This document shows positions 11,161 through 21,957 of a stretch of DNA of 64,000 nt, in pieces. Position numbers and translations under genes: made by a program. The DNA comes from Octopus vulgaris. Its lineage: Eukaryota. Each line of letters begins with the position of its first letter. Position 1 is the stretch's first letter. The stretch spans positions 37,014,001 to 37,078,000 of the forward strand of contig OX597814.1 of the NCBI GenBank assembly GCA_951406725.2. The letters run 5' to 3'. The notes beneath the pieces were generated by a model, which searched no databases, was not told where the DNA came from, and saw nothing but the letters and a program-made list of their open reading frames with translations.

Positions 11161-14100
11161 ATGTCAAGTATGCTTAAATTAGGTTGTGTGAATGCGCGTG
11201 GCTTGGCGTCGGCTTGGAAGCAAGGTTACCTTCTAAACGACATCAAGTCACTGGACGTGGATATAGTAGCTATCAGTGAAACCAGACTCAGTAAGCCGCG
11301 GGCCCTCGAGTCCATGTTTGGCAATCAATTTGACATTTATTTTTCTCCCTGTCTGCCGAACATGGGTGGTGGAGGTACTGCGGTGCTTTTTCGAAAGAGT
11401 CTAAAGGTAAAAGTAAGAGCAATATTCCTAGACCCGGAGGGTAGGCTGGTTGTCTTGGACGTGGATGGCAGAAATGGGTGTGCATTCCGTCTGATGGCAG
11501 TTTATGCACCGTCCTTAACGGGTCGGGCGGATTTCTTCAGACGTCTAGAGGTTTTCCTGGGTACGTCTAGACCTTTACTGTTAGTAGGGGATTGGAACGC
11601 TACCTTGGACACGCATCTAGATTATGTGGGAAGGGATAGGAATAGAAGGGGGTGTAAGAGCATCAAAGACCTGCTCAGACGTTTCCATTTGTCTGACAGG
11701 TTCCGACTCGACCATCCGAACGTGCCAACGTGGACTTGGACAAACCGCGTCGGATCGTCGAGATCTTATCTAGATAGAATTATATGCAGGACAGCGGATA
11801 GGGATAGTGTAGGATGTCCACAATTTAAAGTAGTCAGCTACACAGATCACAAATTTGTTACGTGTACGCTCGACTTAGATAAAACACATAGGCAGGGTCC
11901 CGGTTACTGGAAACTGAACACGTCGCTGTTAGCGCGACAGGTTTACAGGAACCGGATTAGCGAGTTAATTAAGAGGGCGCTGACGGGAGCGGTCGTTAAC
12001 AACAGCTGGTGGTACGCCCTGAAAATGGCAATAAAATCGGAATCAATTAGGTTTAGCAAGGAATTAGCGATAGAACGAAATAGAGTAGAGGGAGACTTAG
12101 TTAAGAAACTAGAAGAGGCACTTACCACTGGCAGCGCAACCAACGTGCTAGCTGCGAGGATGGCCCTCGACCAACACCTCAACGCCAAGCACGAAGGTTG
12201 CGTCGTCAGAGCTAAAATGCGTGCCTTAAGGAACGAAGGGATTGAAGCTGCGCGAGAGGCCCGGGTAGCGGAGGCGCAGCGTGGCAACAGATCAACCATT
12301 CGGTCTCTAATAGATCAACAGGGATGCAGTTTACTCGAACCCGAAAGGATGTGTGAGGCCTTTCAACAGCACTTTGCTCGACTGTTTGGTGCGAGTGGTG
12401 GGTCGGAACGAGGGATGGATTTCAGTGCCTACCTGACCGACCTGCCGCGGCTCTCGGCAAGAGAGGCGGAGTGTTGTGAAAGTCCCATCACAGCCGCTGA
12501 CGTGTGGGATGCGATGGCGGGCTGCGCGAGGGATAAGTCGCCTGGATTGGATGGTTTACCCTACGAGCTGTATTGTCTAATGCCAGACTTGTTTGGCGAC
12601 CTCTTGGCATCAGTCTACTGCAACTGGCAACAAAACGGGAGAATCCCCGGTTTCGTGAGCCGAGGTGCAGTGACGTTGCTGAAGAAAGACTCAAACAAGG
12701 GGAATTTTATAGATAATTTCAGGCCCATCACTCTGCTCAACGCAGATTTGAAAATTTTGGCCAAAGTAATAGCCGAGAGGTTGGCGCTTGTCATTGGTAA
12801 AATGGTCGACAGGGCGCAAACATGCGCCGTGCCGGGCAGAACCATACATGACAACCTCCATCTGATGCGCTACATTGTGGACAGGGTAGTTAAGGATCCT
12901 GGCATGGGTGGGGCGCTGATAAATTTGGATCAGTCTAAAGCCTTCGATAGGGTCGACCATCGGTACTTGGCGGCCGTCCTCAGGGCGGCTGGCTTCGGTC
13001 CCGTGTTCCGCGGTTGGATCGCTGCCTTGTATAGCGGCATCCGATCGGTGATTCGGGTGAACGGTCACCTGTCGAAACCGTTTGACATGACACGTTCGGT
13101 CCGTCAGGGGTGTCCCCTGTCGGCGCTTCTGTATGTATTGACTCTCGAGCCGCTACTGCGGAAGCTGGCGACACTGAGGGGCATCCCACGGGAACTAGGT
13201 TGCGGGACGAGCGTGTCGGCATATGCGGACGATGTCACCGTCATAGTGTCGAGCTACCAGCATATCGAGCTGGTCGGCGAGACACTAAGAAAATATGAAA
13301 CGGTGACGGGAGCAAAGATTAACCCGGAAAAGTCAGTGGGTTTGCTACTCGGCACCTGGAGAAGCAAGCCCATGCCGTCCGACTGCGGCTCAGTAGTGGG
13401 ACGCTGGACGGACGGACCGGTTAAATTGCTCGGGGTCTGGTTCAGTCCGGACCTCCAAATGGATAAGAACTGGGACGAGATCACGAGTAGAGTGGTCGCT
13501 CTCAGCCAAAAATGGGCCGAGAGAAAGCTGTCTCTAAAAGGCCGGGCGGAGGTGGCGAACGCGTACATCGCATCAGTCATCAATTACCGCCTGACCGTCG
13601 TACCTTGTCCCGACGCCACCATCACCAAACTGGAACGCATACTCTTCCGCTTCCTGTGGAAGGGTGGCGTTCCGATGGTGAGGAAGTCCATTTGCTGTCA
13701 ACATCCGTTGAATGGAGGACTGGGCATGCCGTGGTTGATGATGCGCAGGCATGCGCTGAGACTGCGACATCTCTGGAAATTCATCGACGACGGTGAACAG
13801 GTGTGGGCGCCGTTTGTGAGGCGCGACTTCCCGCAGCTCGTCTCACTGACCGAACTGCAAACGTGGATCAAAAAGAGACCGAAACTGGGCGATTGGCACC
13901 GAGAGTGTCGCCAAGCTCTACAGCAGCTCTGCCGACCGGGGTCAAACTTGTGCAACTTCCAAACGACTAAAGCGTTCTATAGAGGACTAGTGCAGGGGAG
14001 GTCCGACGACACACTCGGGGCAAACCTAGGCGTCGACGAGGAATTCCTAACCCGCCTGTTCAGGACGACGTTCGGGCCGGGGCCTATGGATAACTTCCAG

Positions 14101-14610
14101 AAATCCCTGGCTTGGCAGTGCTATCGAGACGCACTACCTGTTCGAGAGAAGAGCTACAGACACGGTTCGAAAACCATCACCGGACCGACCTGCCCGAGAT
14201 GCGGTCAGAGCGACGAAACCGTTCTGCACGCACTCGTGCAGTGTCCAGATATTTCAGAGCTGTGGTCCTTCGTCGAACAGCTGTTGTCACGTGTAGGTCA
14301 GGCTCGCCTATCGGCCGAGTCTATCGTGAATATTGTTCGACCACCTTCCTTTAAACGGGAAGGGAAAACGGTTTTCGTTACGCTGATGGCTATGGCGAAA
14401 GAATGTGTGTGGTGGACGCGTTTGAAAGGACTGCAAACAAACACCTTCCTCTCTGGTCAGTCTCTCGTCAACTTTTTCAAGTACCACTTGAAAAGGAGGA
14501 TGAGAATAGAGAGGAAGGCTTTGTCGAACGAATGTTTTAATAAAAAGTGGGTAAAAGTGGCAAAAATGGTCATTATGAAAGACGACACTATTTTAAGCAT
14601 AAATCTGTAA
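11161..14610 (+). CDS. Tx1-like ORF2: APE endonuclease + reverse transcriptase + C-terminal zinc finger
   Basis: 1149 aa; NARGL, ISET, VYAP, GDWN, SYLDRI, TDH (APE); KSPGLDG, FRPITLLNADLKILAK, LDQSKAFDRV, RQGCPLS, YADD (RT); CPRC...HALVQC. Confidence 0.97.
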   Translation: MSSMLKLGCVNARGLASAWKQGYLLNDIKSLDVDIVAISETRLSKPRALESMFGNQFDIYFSPCLPNMGGGGTAVLFRKSLKVKVRAIFLDPEGRLVVLDVDGRNGCAFRLMAVYAPSLTGRADFFRRLEVFLGTSRPLLLVGDWNATLDTHLDYVGRDRNRRGCKSIKDLLRRFHLSDRFRLDHPNVPTWTWTNRVGSSRSYLDRIICRTADRDSVGCPQFKVVSYTDHKFVTCTLDLDKTHRQGPGYWKLNTSLLARQVYRNRISELIKRALTGAVVNNSWWYALKMAIKSESIRFSKELAIERNRVEGDLVKKLEEALTTGSATNVLAARMALDQHLNAKHEGCVVRAKMRALRNEGIEAAREARVAEAQRGNRSTIRSLIDQQGCSLLEPERMCEAFQQHFARLFGASGGSERGMDFSAYLTDLPRLSAREAECCESPITAADVWDAMAGCARDKSPGLDGLPYELYCLMPDLFGDLLASVYCNWQQNGRIPGFVSRGAVTLLKKDSNKGNFIDNFRPITLLNADLKILAKVIAERLALVIGKMVDRAQTCAVPGRTIHDNLHLMRYIVDRVVKDPGMGGALINLDQSKAFDRVDHRYLAAVLRAAGFGPVFRGWIAALYSGIRSVIRVNGHLSKPFDMTRSVRQGCPLSALLYVLTLEPLLRKLATLRGIPRELGCGTSVSAYADDVTVIVSSYQHIELVGETLRKYETVTGAKINPEKSVGLLLGTWRSKPMPSDCGSVVGRWTDGPVKLLGVWFSPDLQMDKNWDEITSRVVALSQKWAERKLSLKGRAEVANAYIASVINYRLTVVPCPDATITKLERILFRFLWKGGVPMVRKSICCQHPLNGGLGMPWLMMRRHALRLRHLWKFIDDGEQVWAPFVRRDFPQLVSLTELQTWIKKRPKLGDWHRECRQALQQLCRPGSNLCNFQTTKAFYRGLVQGRSDDTLGANLGVDEEFLTRLFRTTFGPGPMDNFQKSLAWQCYRDALPVREKSYRHGSKTITGPTCPRCGQSDETVLHALVQCPDISELWSFVEQLLSRVGQARLSAESIVNIVRPPSFKREGKTVFVTLMAMAKECVWWTRLKGLQTNTFLSGQSLVNFFKYHLKRRMRIERKALSNECFNKKWVKVAKMVIMKDDTILSINL

Positions 14611-14928
14611 CCAAAAGAGACAACGAGAAGTAAGGCGACTTACTCATGTGTTCTTTTTCGAACTGTCTGAGGTGACCTTGGTCTTTTTTGTAGGTTTTTC
14701 TTTCCAAGGCTACACCTAAACTGTGAACCTTATATATATATATATAGTGCTTTTTTATACACCACACAACCCACAGATCTCTATTGATCAAACGGTTTTT
14801 TTTTTTTTTTTTATTTTTTATTAATTTTTTTTTTTGCCCCACCCATCCCACCTCGAAAAGAAAAAATTCTACATTGTATTTCGTCCATTTTTATTCTGTG
14901 TTTAGCCCTGTGTGGCTACAATAAAAAG

Positions 14929-14930
<2 letters not shown>

Positions 14931-15013
<83 letters not shown>

Positions 15014-15043
15014 ACACACACACATACACACACATACACACAC

Positions 15044-15088
<45 letters not shown>

Positions 15089-15097
15089 TACACACAC

Positions 15098-15182
<85 letters not shown>

Positions 15183-15321
15183 TATACATATACACACACA
15201 TATACATATACATAATCACACACATATACATATACATACACACACACACACATATACATACACACACACACACATATACATACACACACACATATACACA
15301 CACACACACACATATATACAT

Positions 15322-15354
<33 letters not shown>

Positions 15355-15387
15355 CATATATACACACACACACACACACATATACAT

Positions 15388-15456
<69 letters not shown>
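14931..15456 (+). repeat. Compound microsatellite (TATC)n-(CA)n-(CATACA)n-(TA)n
   Basis: Direct reading. Confidence 0.95.
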
Positions 15457-15460
<4 letters not shown>

Positions 15461-16000
15461 GAGTGGAAAGTAACAGTATATTTGAAATTCCCTATAAAAT
15501 GTTTAGTAACACGGAAGTCATGACGAAAATATTTTAGAAGAGACAGCATTAATGGGTATTTCTTATTCTCTAACTGTCTTATTTCTTATTTCTCATTTTA
15601 TACATTGCTGGTCGCTTGACTGTTCAGGTGCGAGCTAAGATAGCATTAGGCTATGAAGTGCGGACTTCCATTCTTTTAGCTCAGAGATTGCGTGCATGGA
15701 GAGGCAAGCATGCGACACTATGTTCGGCGACAATACAAAGTTGTCATGCAAAGCCGATGACCATGGGTTCAGTGAAATATGTAAGAAGCAGTGGCCATCC
15801 AACTTCATCCCGATTAGCGGAGAACGTGGCAAAGGTGCAAGAAATATTTAATAGCAGCCTCAAAATTCAGTACGTCAAGCAGCTCGTAAACGCGGACTAA
15901 CAAGACGTACAATACGTACAGTGTTGCATAAATAAATGAATTTTCGTCTCTGGAAACCCCATTAGGTGCAGGAGCTAAAATCTAAAGACTGTGACCGCAA
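15457..16000 (+). pseudogene. Decayed Tc1/mariner-superfamily transposase N-terminal (HTH) remnant
   Basis: Starts after TA; LTVQVRAKIA..YE..S....QR...GSV....RSSGHP.S...ENVAKVQE pattern with frameshifts. Confidence 0.5.
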
Positions 16001-16129
16001 CATAACCATGCATATCCTTTTTGTTTGTATGCTGAGTGATTTCCGGCTAAGTTTCCTCTAAGGTAAGAGAGCCCAATGTTTTGGGGCTGTAATGGAGATC
16101 ATCAGGAAGAGAGTGCTTCTTGAGGAGTT

Positions 16130-16440
16130 TACTGCCAACTTGTAAAAAGGTGCTCACTTCTTTTTTCAGCTCTGCATTTATATATTTAATTTTGCTGTCT
16201 GGGTGATACCATACGGAATTTTAAGGCTGTCTGCTTTGATATCAGGCCTCTACCATCTTCATTTCTTCTTAGGTACAGCTTGTCAACACCTCTGCTTCTA
16301 TGGAAGTTTCTAGTGGTCAGAATTTTGCAAGTTTTCATACCTATAGAGTGGATTTTCTCTACAGACCAATCAAGTATGCTAAATGTTGGGATCAGCACTA
16401 GTACTGCAAATGCATTGTGGGATATTGTTTTGTTGTAAGC
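16130..16440 (-). pseudogene. R4/Dong-like LINE RT-thumb fragment
   Basis: KTCKILT..RNFH..RGVDKLYLRRNEDGRGL motif. Confidence 0.7.
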
Positions 16441-17150
16441 GAGGTATGTCCGTATGAACGAAGTGTGATCAATAAGTATGTGGACTGTTGCCATATCAAC
16501 GAAACTATAGCACGCAGTGTAAACCGGCTGGCATAGGTTGACCTTGAAATCTGCTGTGTATACGCACTAAGTTTTAACGTTCTAGCTCACTTCTGCTGTT
16601 TACAGCAGAGCTTGGAAGTCGTATAGCGTGTTATCGTGGAATTGACCATAAAAGAGAAAGTCGTCAAGGTGATACCTGCTCAGAACAAGCAGAACTGAGA
16701 AAAGTGTCGCAGATTTGAGTGCAGCTCTGAGGGGATATCATCGAATCCCCATCCGTGGGGTATCAGAGGATGTGCAGATTAGTTACAGTTCGGTTCAGTC
16801 CATTATAATGTGTGTTATAATACTTGTCCTGTAGAATTACGCTCATTGCAAACACGAAAGTTTGTTAGAGAAAAAAAGCGCCCAAAATTTACTTCTCAGC
16901 TTTATACGCTGCTTTATACGCTGCTTTATTTTCAGAAAACATAAGCGTGTCTTGGAAAGTTATGATGGTTTTGATGCAGAATGGATTTGAAAGAAAATAC
17001 AGAAAGCATATTGGCAACGAGTGCTTAATTTGAATAATAAAACATTTACCTTCTCTGTGTAAGAATAATCACTAGATTTTTGTAAAGTGAGTATTAATGC
17101 CTAGTCAGGATATTTACTGGTCTCTGAAAATACCTTTTAGATATGTAAGA

Positions 17151-18454
17151 ATGCGTATGCCAATAGCATAGCGCATGACGTAACCGGATTTGTTTGAGAA
17201 CTTTTATATCTCGTAATAATAAATTAGTGACAGAACAGTAAACATCTTACATGAAACGGAACCCATATCAAAGACAGACTTGTTTTTGAGAAATGCATGC
17301 TCTATTCTGTCCGTTAATCATTGGCAAAATGAAAGTGATTGCAGAATACGCTTCAAGCACATGAGCGAAACAGTTTGATAGTATTACGACTAATTACTTT
17401 CGACTAAATATTTGAATACATTACGAGCTCTTATCTTCTCACCTAACTACAGGCTACATTTATATCATTGACAATTTGCATTACAATACTTAAGTACACA
17501 TTACTACGATGTGTTGTTTAAAAGGTGCTTGCTGAAATTTAACCAGATTTATGAAGATAAGCTATGATGAAGTCTTCGCTCTTATTTTTTCATTACTAAA
17601 AATCAGACACACCCGCATATATATAACAGATATATCACACGCGCCTATACAGCAATGCATGCGTATGCCAATAGCATAGCGCATGACGTAACCGGATTTG
17701 TTTGAGAACTTTTATATCTCGTAATAATAAATTAGTGACAGAACAGTAAACATCTTACATGAAACGGAACCCATATCAAAGACAGACTTGTTTTTGAGAA
17801 ATGCATGCAGGGAAACAAACGTTACAAATATGTACAGTACATTCTAGGAGTTTTACCGCCAAAATAAATTGAATTTATTTTTCTATCTATCCCCCGTGAT
17901 AAATACAAACAGAGAGCTGCATCCTATTTTAACGGTGCCCCGGCAGAAACGTTAGCACGCCGGGTGTATTTACAGTGTGTGTGTGTGTGTTACTTTGTGT
18001 GTCTGTGTGTGTGTTTTGTGTATGTCGGATACAACAATCACTATGGACGCACTTCTTTCAAATTTTACATGCCCGTCATCAATATAGATATAGACAGCTT
18101 ACCGACTGAGTACAACGTGACATATCGCGACATGAACAGATTCAAGTGCGATTTCGAAATATTCAAGAATTTTTTTAATTTGATTTAAAGACAATCATTA
18201 ACGCTAATATAAAACATAATCAACTTTTAGGCAGAATATTCTAGTTAAGTATGAACAAACACTAGCATTACAAAAAGTTAAATGGGGAAAGTATATAGGG
18301 AAACAAACGTTACAAATATGTACAGTACATTCTAGGAGTTTTACCGCCAAAATAAATTGAATTTATTTTTCTATCTATCCCCCGTGATAAATACAAACAG
18401 AGAGCTGCATCCTATTTTAACGGTGCCCCGGCAGAAACGTTAGCACGCCGGGTG
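17151..18454 (+). repeat. Two local exact duplications: A (17151-17300 = 17659-17808) and B (17809-17966 = 18297-18454)
   Basis: Direct sequence comparison. Confidence 0.9.
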
Positions 18455-18651
18455 AAATGCGTAGCCGTATTTCGTCTGCCGTTACGTTCTGAGTTCAAAT
18501 TCCGCCGAAGTCGACTTTGCATTTCATCCTTTCGAGGTCGATAAATTAAGTACCAGTTACGCACTGGGGTCGATGTAATCGACTTAATCCCTTTGTCTGT
18601 CCTTGTTTGACCCCTCTGTGTTTAGCCCCTTGTGGGTAGTAAAGAAATAGG
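18429..18651 (+). mobile_element. tRNA-derived SINE with Tx1-like 3' tail
   Basis: ggcagaaacgttagc A-box-like motif, gagttcaaattcc B-box, central gtcgactttgc.tttcatcctttcg.ggtcgataaa..agtacc, tail tctgtgtttagccccttgtgggtagtaaagaaata. Confidence 0.85.
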
Positions 18652-19157
18652 TACCCTAGAAAGAAATGAGGTAGTGTACGAGAAATACCGTAAGAATGAC
18701 AAGATGTTATGAAGTTGATTTAATCAATTTCTCCAAAATGAATGTATCCACAGTTTGTATCAATAGTTAAACATCTCCCACCTACATATATACAAATAAT
18801 GTTTTAAATATCAATGAAATTTAAAAATTTTATTTCATCTGGATTTTCTAGATTCTTAGACCACATATTTTGTCAACTAACGTTCTTTAGGAGAAGTGAT
18901 ATATTTCAGCAAAGTGCAGGCTTGACTCATTTTGATAGAAAAAGGAGGCTCATGCTGTTTAATATGTATTTGAGCAGGTGTATTCAGGGTTCAATTGGAC
19001 AATCGAATGCATCAGTTTGACTTAGGTTATAAGCAACCGAAAAACTCTTTGTTGATATAAATTATGTATTGCTCCATATTTTATCTCTATATTAAGTAAC
19101 ATTTAATCAATGTCTTAGTGTCTCACATAGCTTTGTGCTCTGTGCACCACACCTATG

Positions 19158-19209
<52 letters not shown>

Positions 19210-20964
19210 CATATACACACTCACACAACCGGCGTGCGCGCACTCACACACACACACACAAATGTGTACATGTACGTGTGTGTTTTTAAGTAGACATAGT
19301 TTGCCGCAGCCAAATCTAAAAAAATGTGATCTGAACTATCTATTGCTTCATATATCAAATTTGCAGAAAAATTTTGACTATGAACATTCTCTTCGGCACT
19401 TACCTGTCCAATAAGTTTAGAGGCAAATCTGTTCCACTGGGATATGTAGCATATAGCTCCGACATGGCCAGAGTCTAATGACTGAAACAAGAGAAAGACG
19501 AAAAATAAAGAATAATATAATCATACTCGTTTAGTATTTCTCCTATAAACCTGCAGCGCATGATATTTGATTTAATCAAGTGAAATATTTCAATCATAAA
19601 CATCAACGTGGTATCATAGAAGCAATTTTAAGGCTACTACATATGTGTACTTAACTTCGGAAATGTCGAACAGCTGTCTCCTTGCTATTGATGGCAAAAA
19701 TATCAGCAACTCCCTAGGTAACCAATTATTTTATAAAGAAAAAATAAGTTATCTCTACAAAAGGCAGAAGTGATAGCCACTAAATGTTTCATTACATATT
19801 CAAAGTTTCCGGTACTATAACACCGAGGAACCATGCTGTCTTCGAGACACTTCGTTTTATATTCGCAAACCATTTACTATTCCCAATTAAAATATAATAA
19901 CATTTGAAGATATTTCGTTCGTAGACTTAGTGACCAGTGCCAAACGCATATTGTTAGTTCCTCTACAAATAATGCAAGATATAACCAACCACAGGTATTA
20001 TTGGTGAAGTGATCTCTTATCTTGATATGAAATTGATTTTCAGCCAAAGATCTTAGAGAGAAGTTTGGTAATTGTCCATTAGAAATACTCCCAAGCGTAT
20101 TTGGGAGATAAATCAGCAGACATAATGTGAGATAAGGAAACAATTAGTTTCCAGGGAATATTTCTTATAGGATGTATCAGTTGCGACATATTTGGCAAGC
20201 GAAGCATTCTGTTGTACGGGCTTATAGATCAATTTTTGAAATATGTATGCACGTACATACTTGTGTGCTTGCTCGTGCATAAATAAATACATAAATAAGT
20301 AAATAGATTTGTGTGCATATATGTGCACGTGTGGCAGTATATATATACATATATTTTGCATACAGAGTTACAAACACATACATTTTGATAAACATATATT
20401 TACACATTACACAGCCATGAACAATATATATATATATAGATATAGATATCACAGTATGTATGAGAGGTATGAGATCATGTACTTATAAATATTCATACAT
20501 ATTTCCTGTGTTAAATCAGTTCTTTGATAAAAGAATAATTTAGTGTGAAATTAAGGATATGCGGAAATATACCCAAAGGAAATTTTATTTGGGTTGATAT
20601 TTTAATGTTCTTCAAGATGTTCAATTAAAATCAAAATGGTAGTGTTCTTCATTTTAAATGCGCATACATTCGAATCTCAAATCAGCGGACATTTTACAAA
20701 TAATTAGTATCCGTAACCCCACTTTCAGAGTGCTTAATACTTAAGAATAAAATCTAAGGGACGTAACTTCATATATACACAATATAGATTCGATTCGAGT
20801 GTTCCGTCTCTTTAAAGCCAGTTACAAAATTCAATTGACATGTTTCTGACTTACGACACTTTGTCACCGAAAGAGATTATACTTTTGTGGTGACGTTACG
20901 AGTGATCAATATGTGCAAAGAAGTGGAGGATTGTAAGAAAGTAGTTAGATTATATCGAGAAAGG

Positions 20965-21280
20965 CCTGGCTTTCCGCTCGTTACGACGATTGGTGTTCCA
21001 ATTGATTCCGTCAACGTAACAGCCTGCTCTCGAAATTAACGTGTAAGGGGCTCAGTACTCCACAGACACCAATACCCTTAACGCAGTTCTCAGAGAGATT
21101 CAGCGTGTGGCAAGGTTGGTTCTTTCAATTAGAGGTACAGTTCATTTTTGGTAACTACGTGAACTGGAGCAACGGGAATTAAAGTGTTTTTTCTCAAGGG
21201 CACAACGTACCGCCGGGATCCAACTCAATGCCTTACGATCGTGAGCCAAAGGCTCTAACCCCTAAGCCACGTGCCTTCCC
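20965..21280 (-). mobile_element. Degenerate tRNA/CORE-like SINE
   Basis: Minus strand reads ggcacgtggcttagggg...cccttgagaaaaaacactttaa.tcc.gttgctccagttcac. Confidence 0.55.
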
Positions 21281-21765
21281 AGAAACATGCCTGGAAAAAT
21301 CTACCTGAAATTAATATTCTACATATTAACTGCAAAATCGGAAGTGAATCGCATTTTCAAGATATTGAATCGAAGCACGTTGATTTGATCAATTGAGATT
21401 ATTGAAGCAATTAGTTGGCACACGCACACAAAATGATCAATAGATGGAATTCGTTAGACTCCTTGGTGATGTCGTAGATGAGTGGATTTTGTTGGCAACA
21501 TCTTTGGTAAATTGTCAAAACAGCCGACTTTAAGTTTTGCTTCTTATCACTAGTTTCTACACACTTTGGCTCAACGTCCGTACTGCCTTGTCTGGGTCTC
21601 TTACTTTCGTTTTCGGCATTCAAATAAATTTGGAGGTGAGAGCAATCGCAAGCAGTGCCAATGCTGTTTGAATATGTATTGGTGTTGGTTTAGTCGACTA
21701 TGTAAGTATTGGGAATTGATTGACACGTCTTGTGCTAAGGTAATGTAATGCAATGTTTTACTATA

Positions 21766-21957
21766 CGAGGGATGCTGCAAAGTTCTTGGCTTTGGGTACA
21801 AGAAAATTGTGATATTATTCTAAATAGTTCTCTCTCATATTCCCCCACTTATTGCAGCAGTCCTTGAGATTTTCTAAGCCCTGTAAAAAACTCGAAAGAT
21901 CGTGCTTCCAGCCAAGCATTTCACAATACCCTTAAACCCAGGAAAGTTTTAGCCTCG
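21766..21957. mobile_element. Mariner-type MITE
   Basis: TA|cgagggatgctgcaaagttcttggcttt...aaacccaggaaagttttagcctcg imperfect terminal inverted repeats. Confidence 0.55.

Larger units (their letters stand above)
9022..14930 (+). mobile_element. Full-length, apparently intact Tx1/L1-clade non-LTR retrotransposon
   Basis: 5'UTR, ORF1, 57-nt spacer, ORF2 and T-rich 3'UTR ending tagccctgtgtggctacaataaaaagat, then (TATC)n. Confidence 0.95.

Noticed and set aside
14912-15549. Long HT/YI/CV-repeat ORFs here and at 45900-47350 and 53750-55780 (including the 458-aa ORF 54284-55660)
   Set aside because: Translations of dinucleotide/tetranucleotide microsatellites that lack stop codons; no coding signal.
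18429-18510. tRNA gene
   Set aside because: A/B-box-like motifs belong to SINE heads; no cloverleaf.
21411-21623. 70-aa ORF that looks protein-like (possible host exon)
   Set aside because: No recognisable domain, splice context or partner exons; cannot be supported without a homology search.
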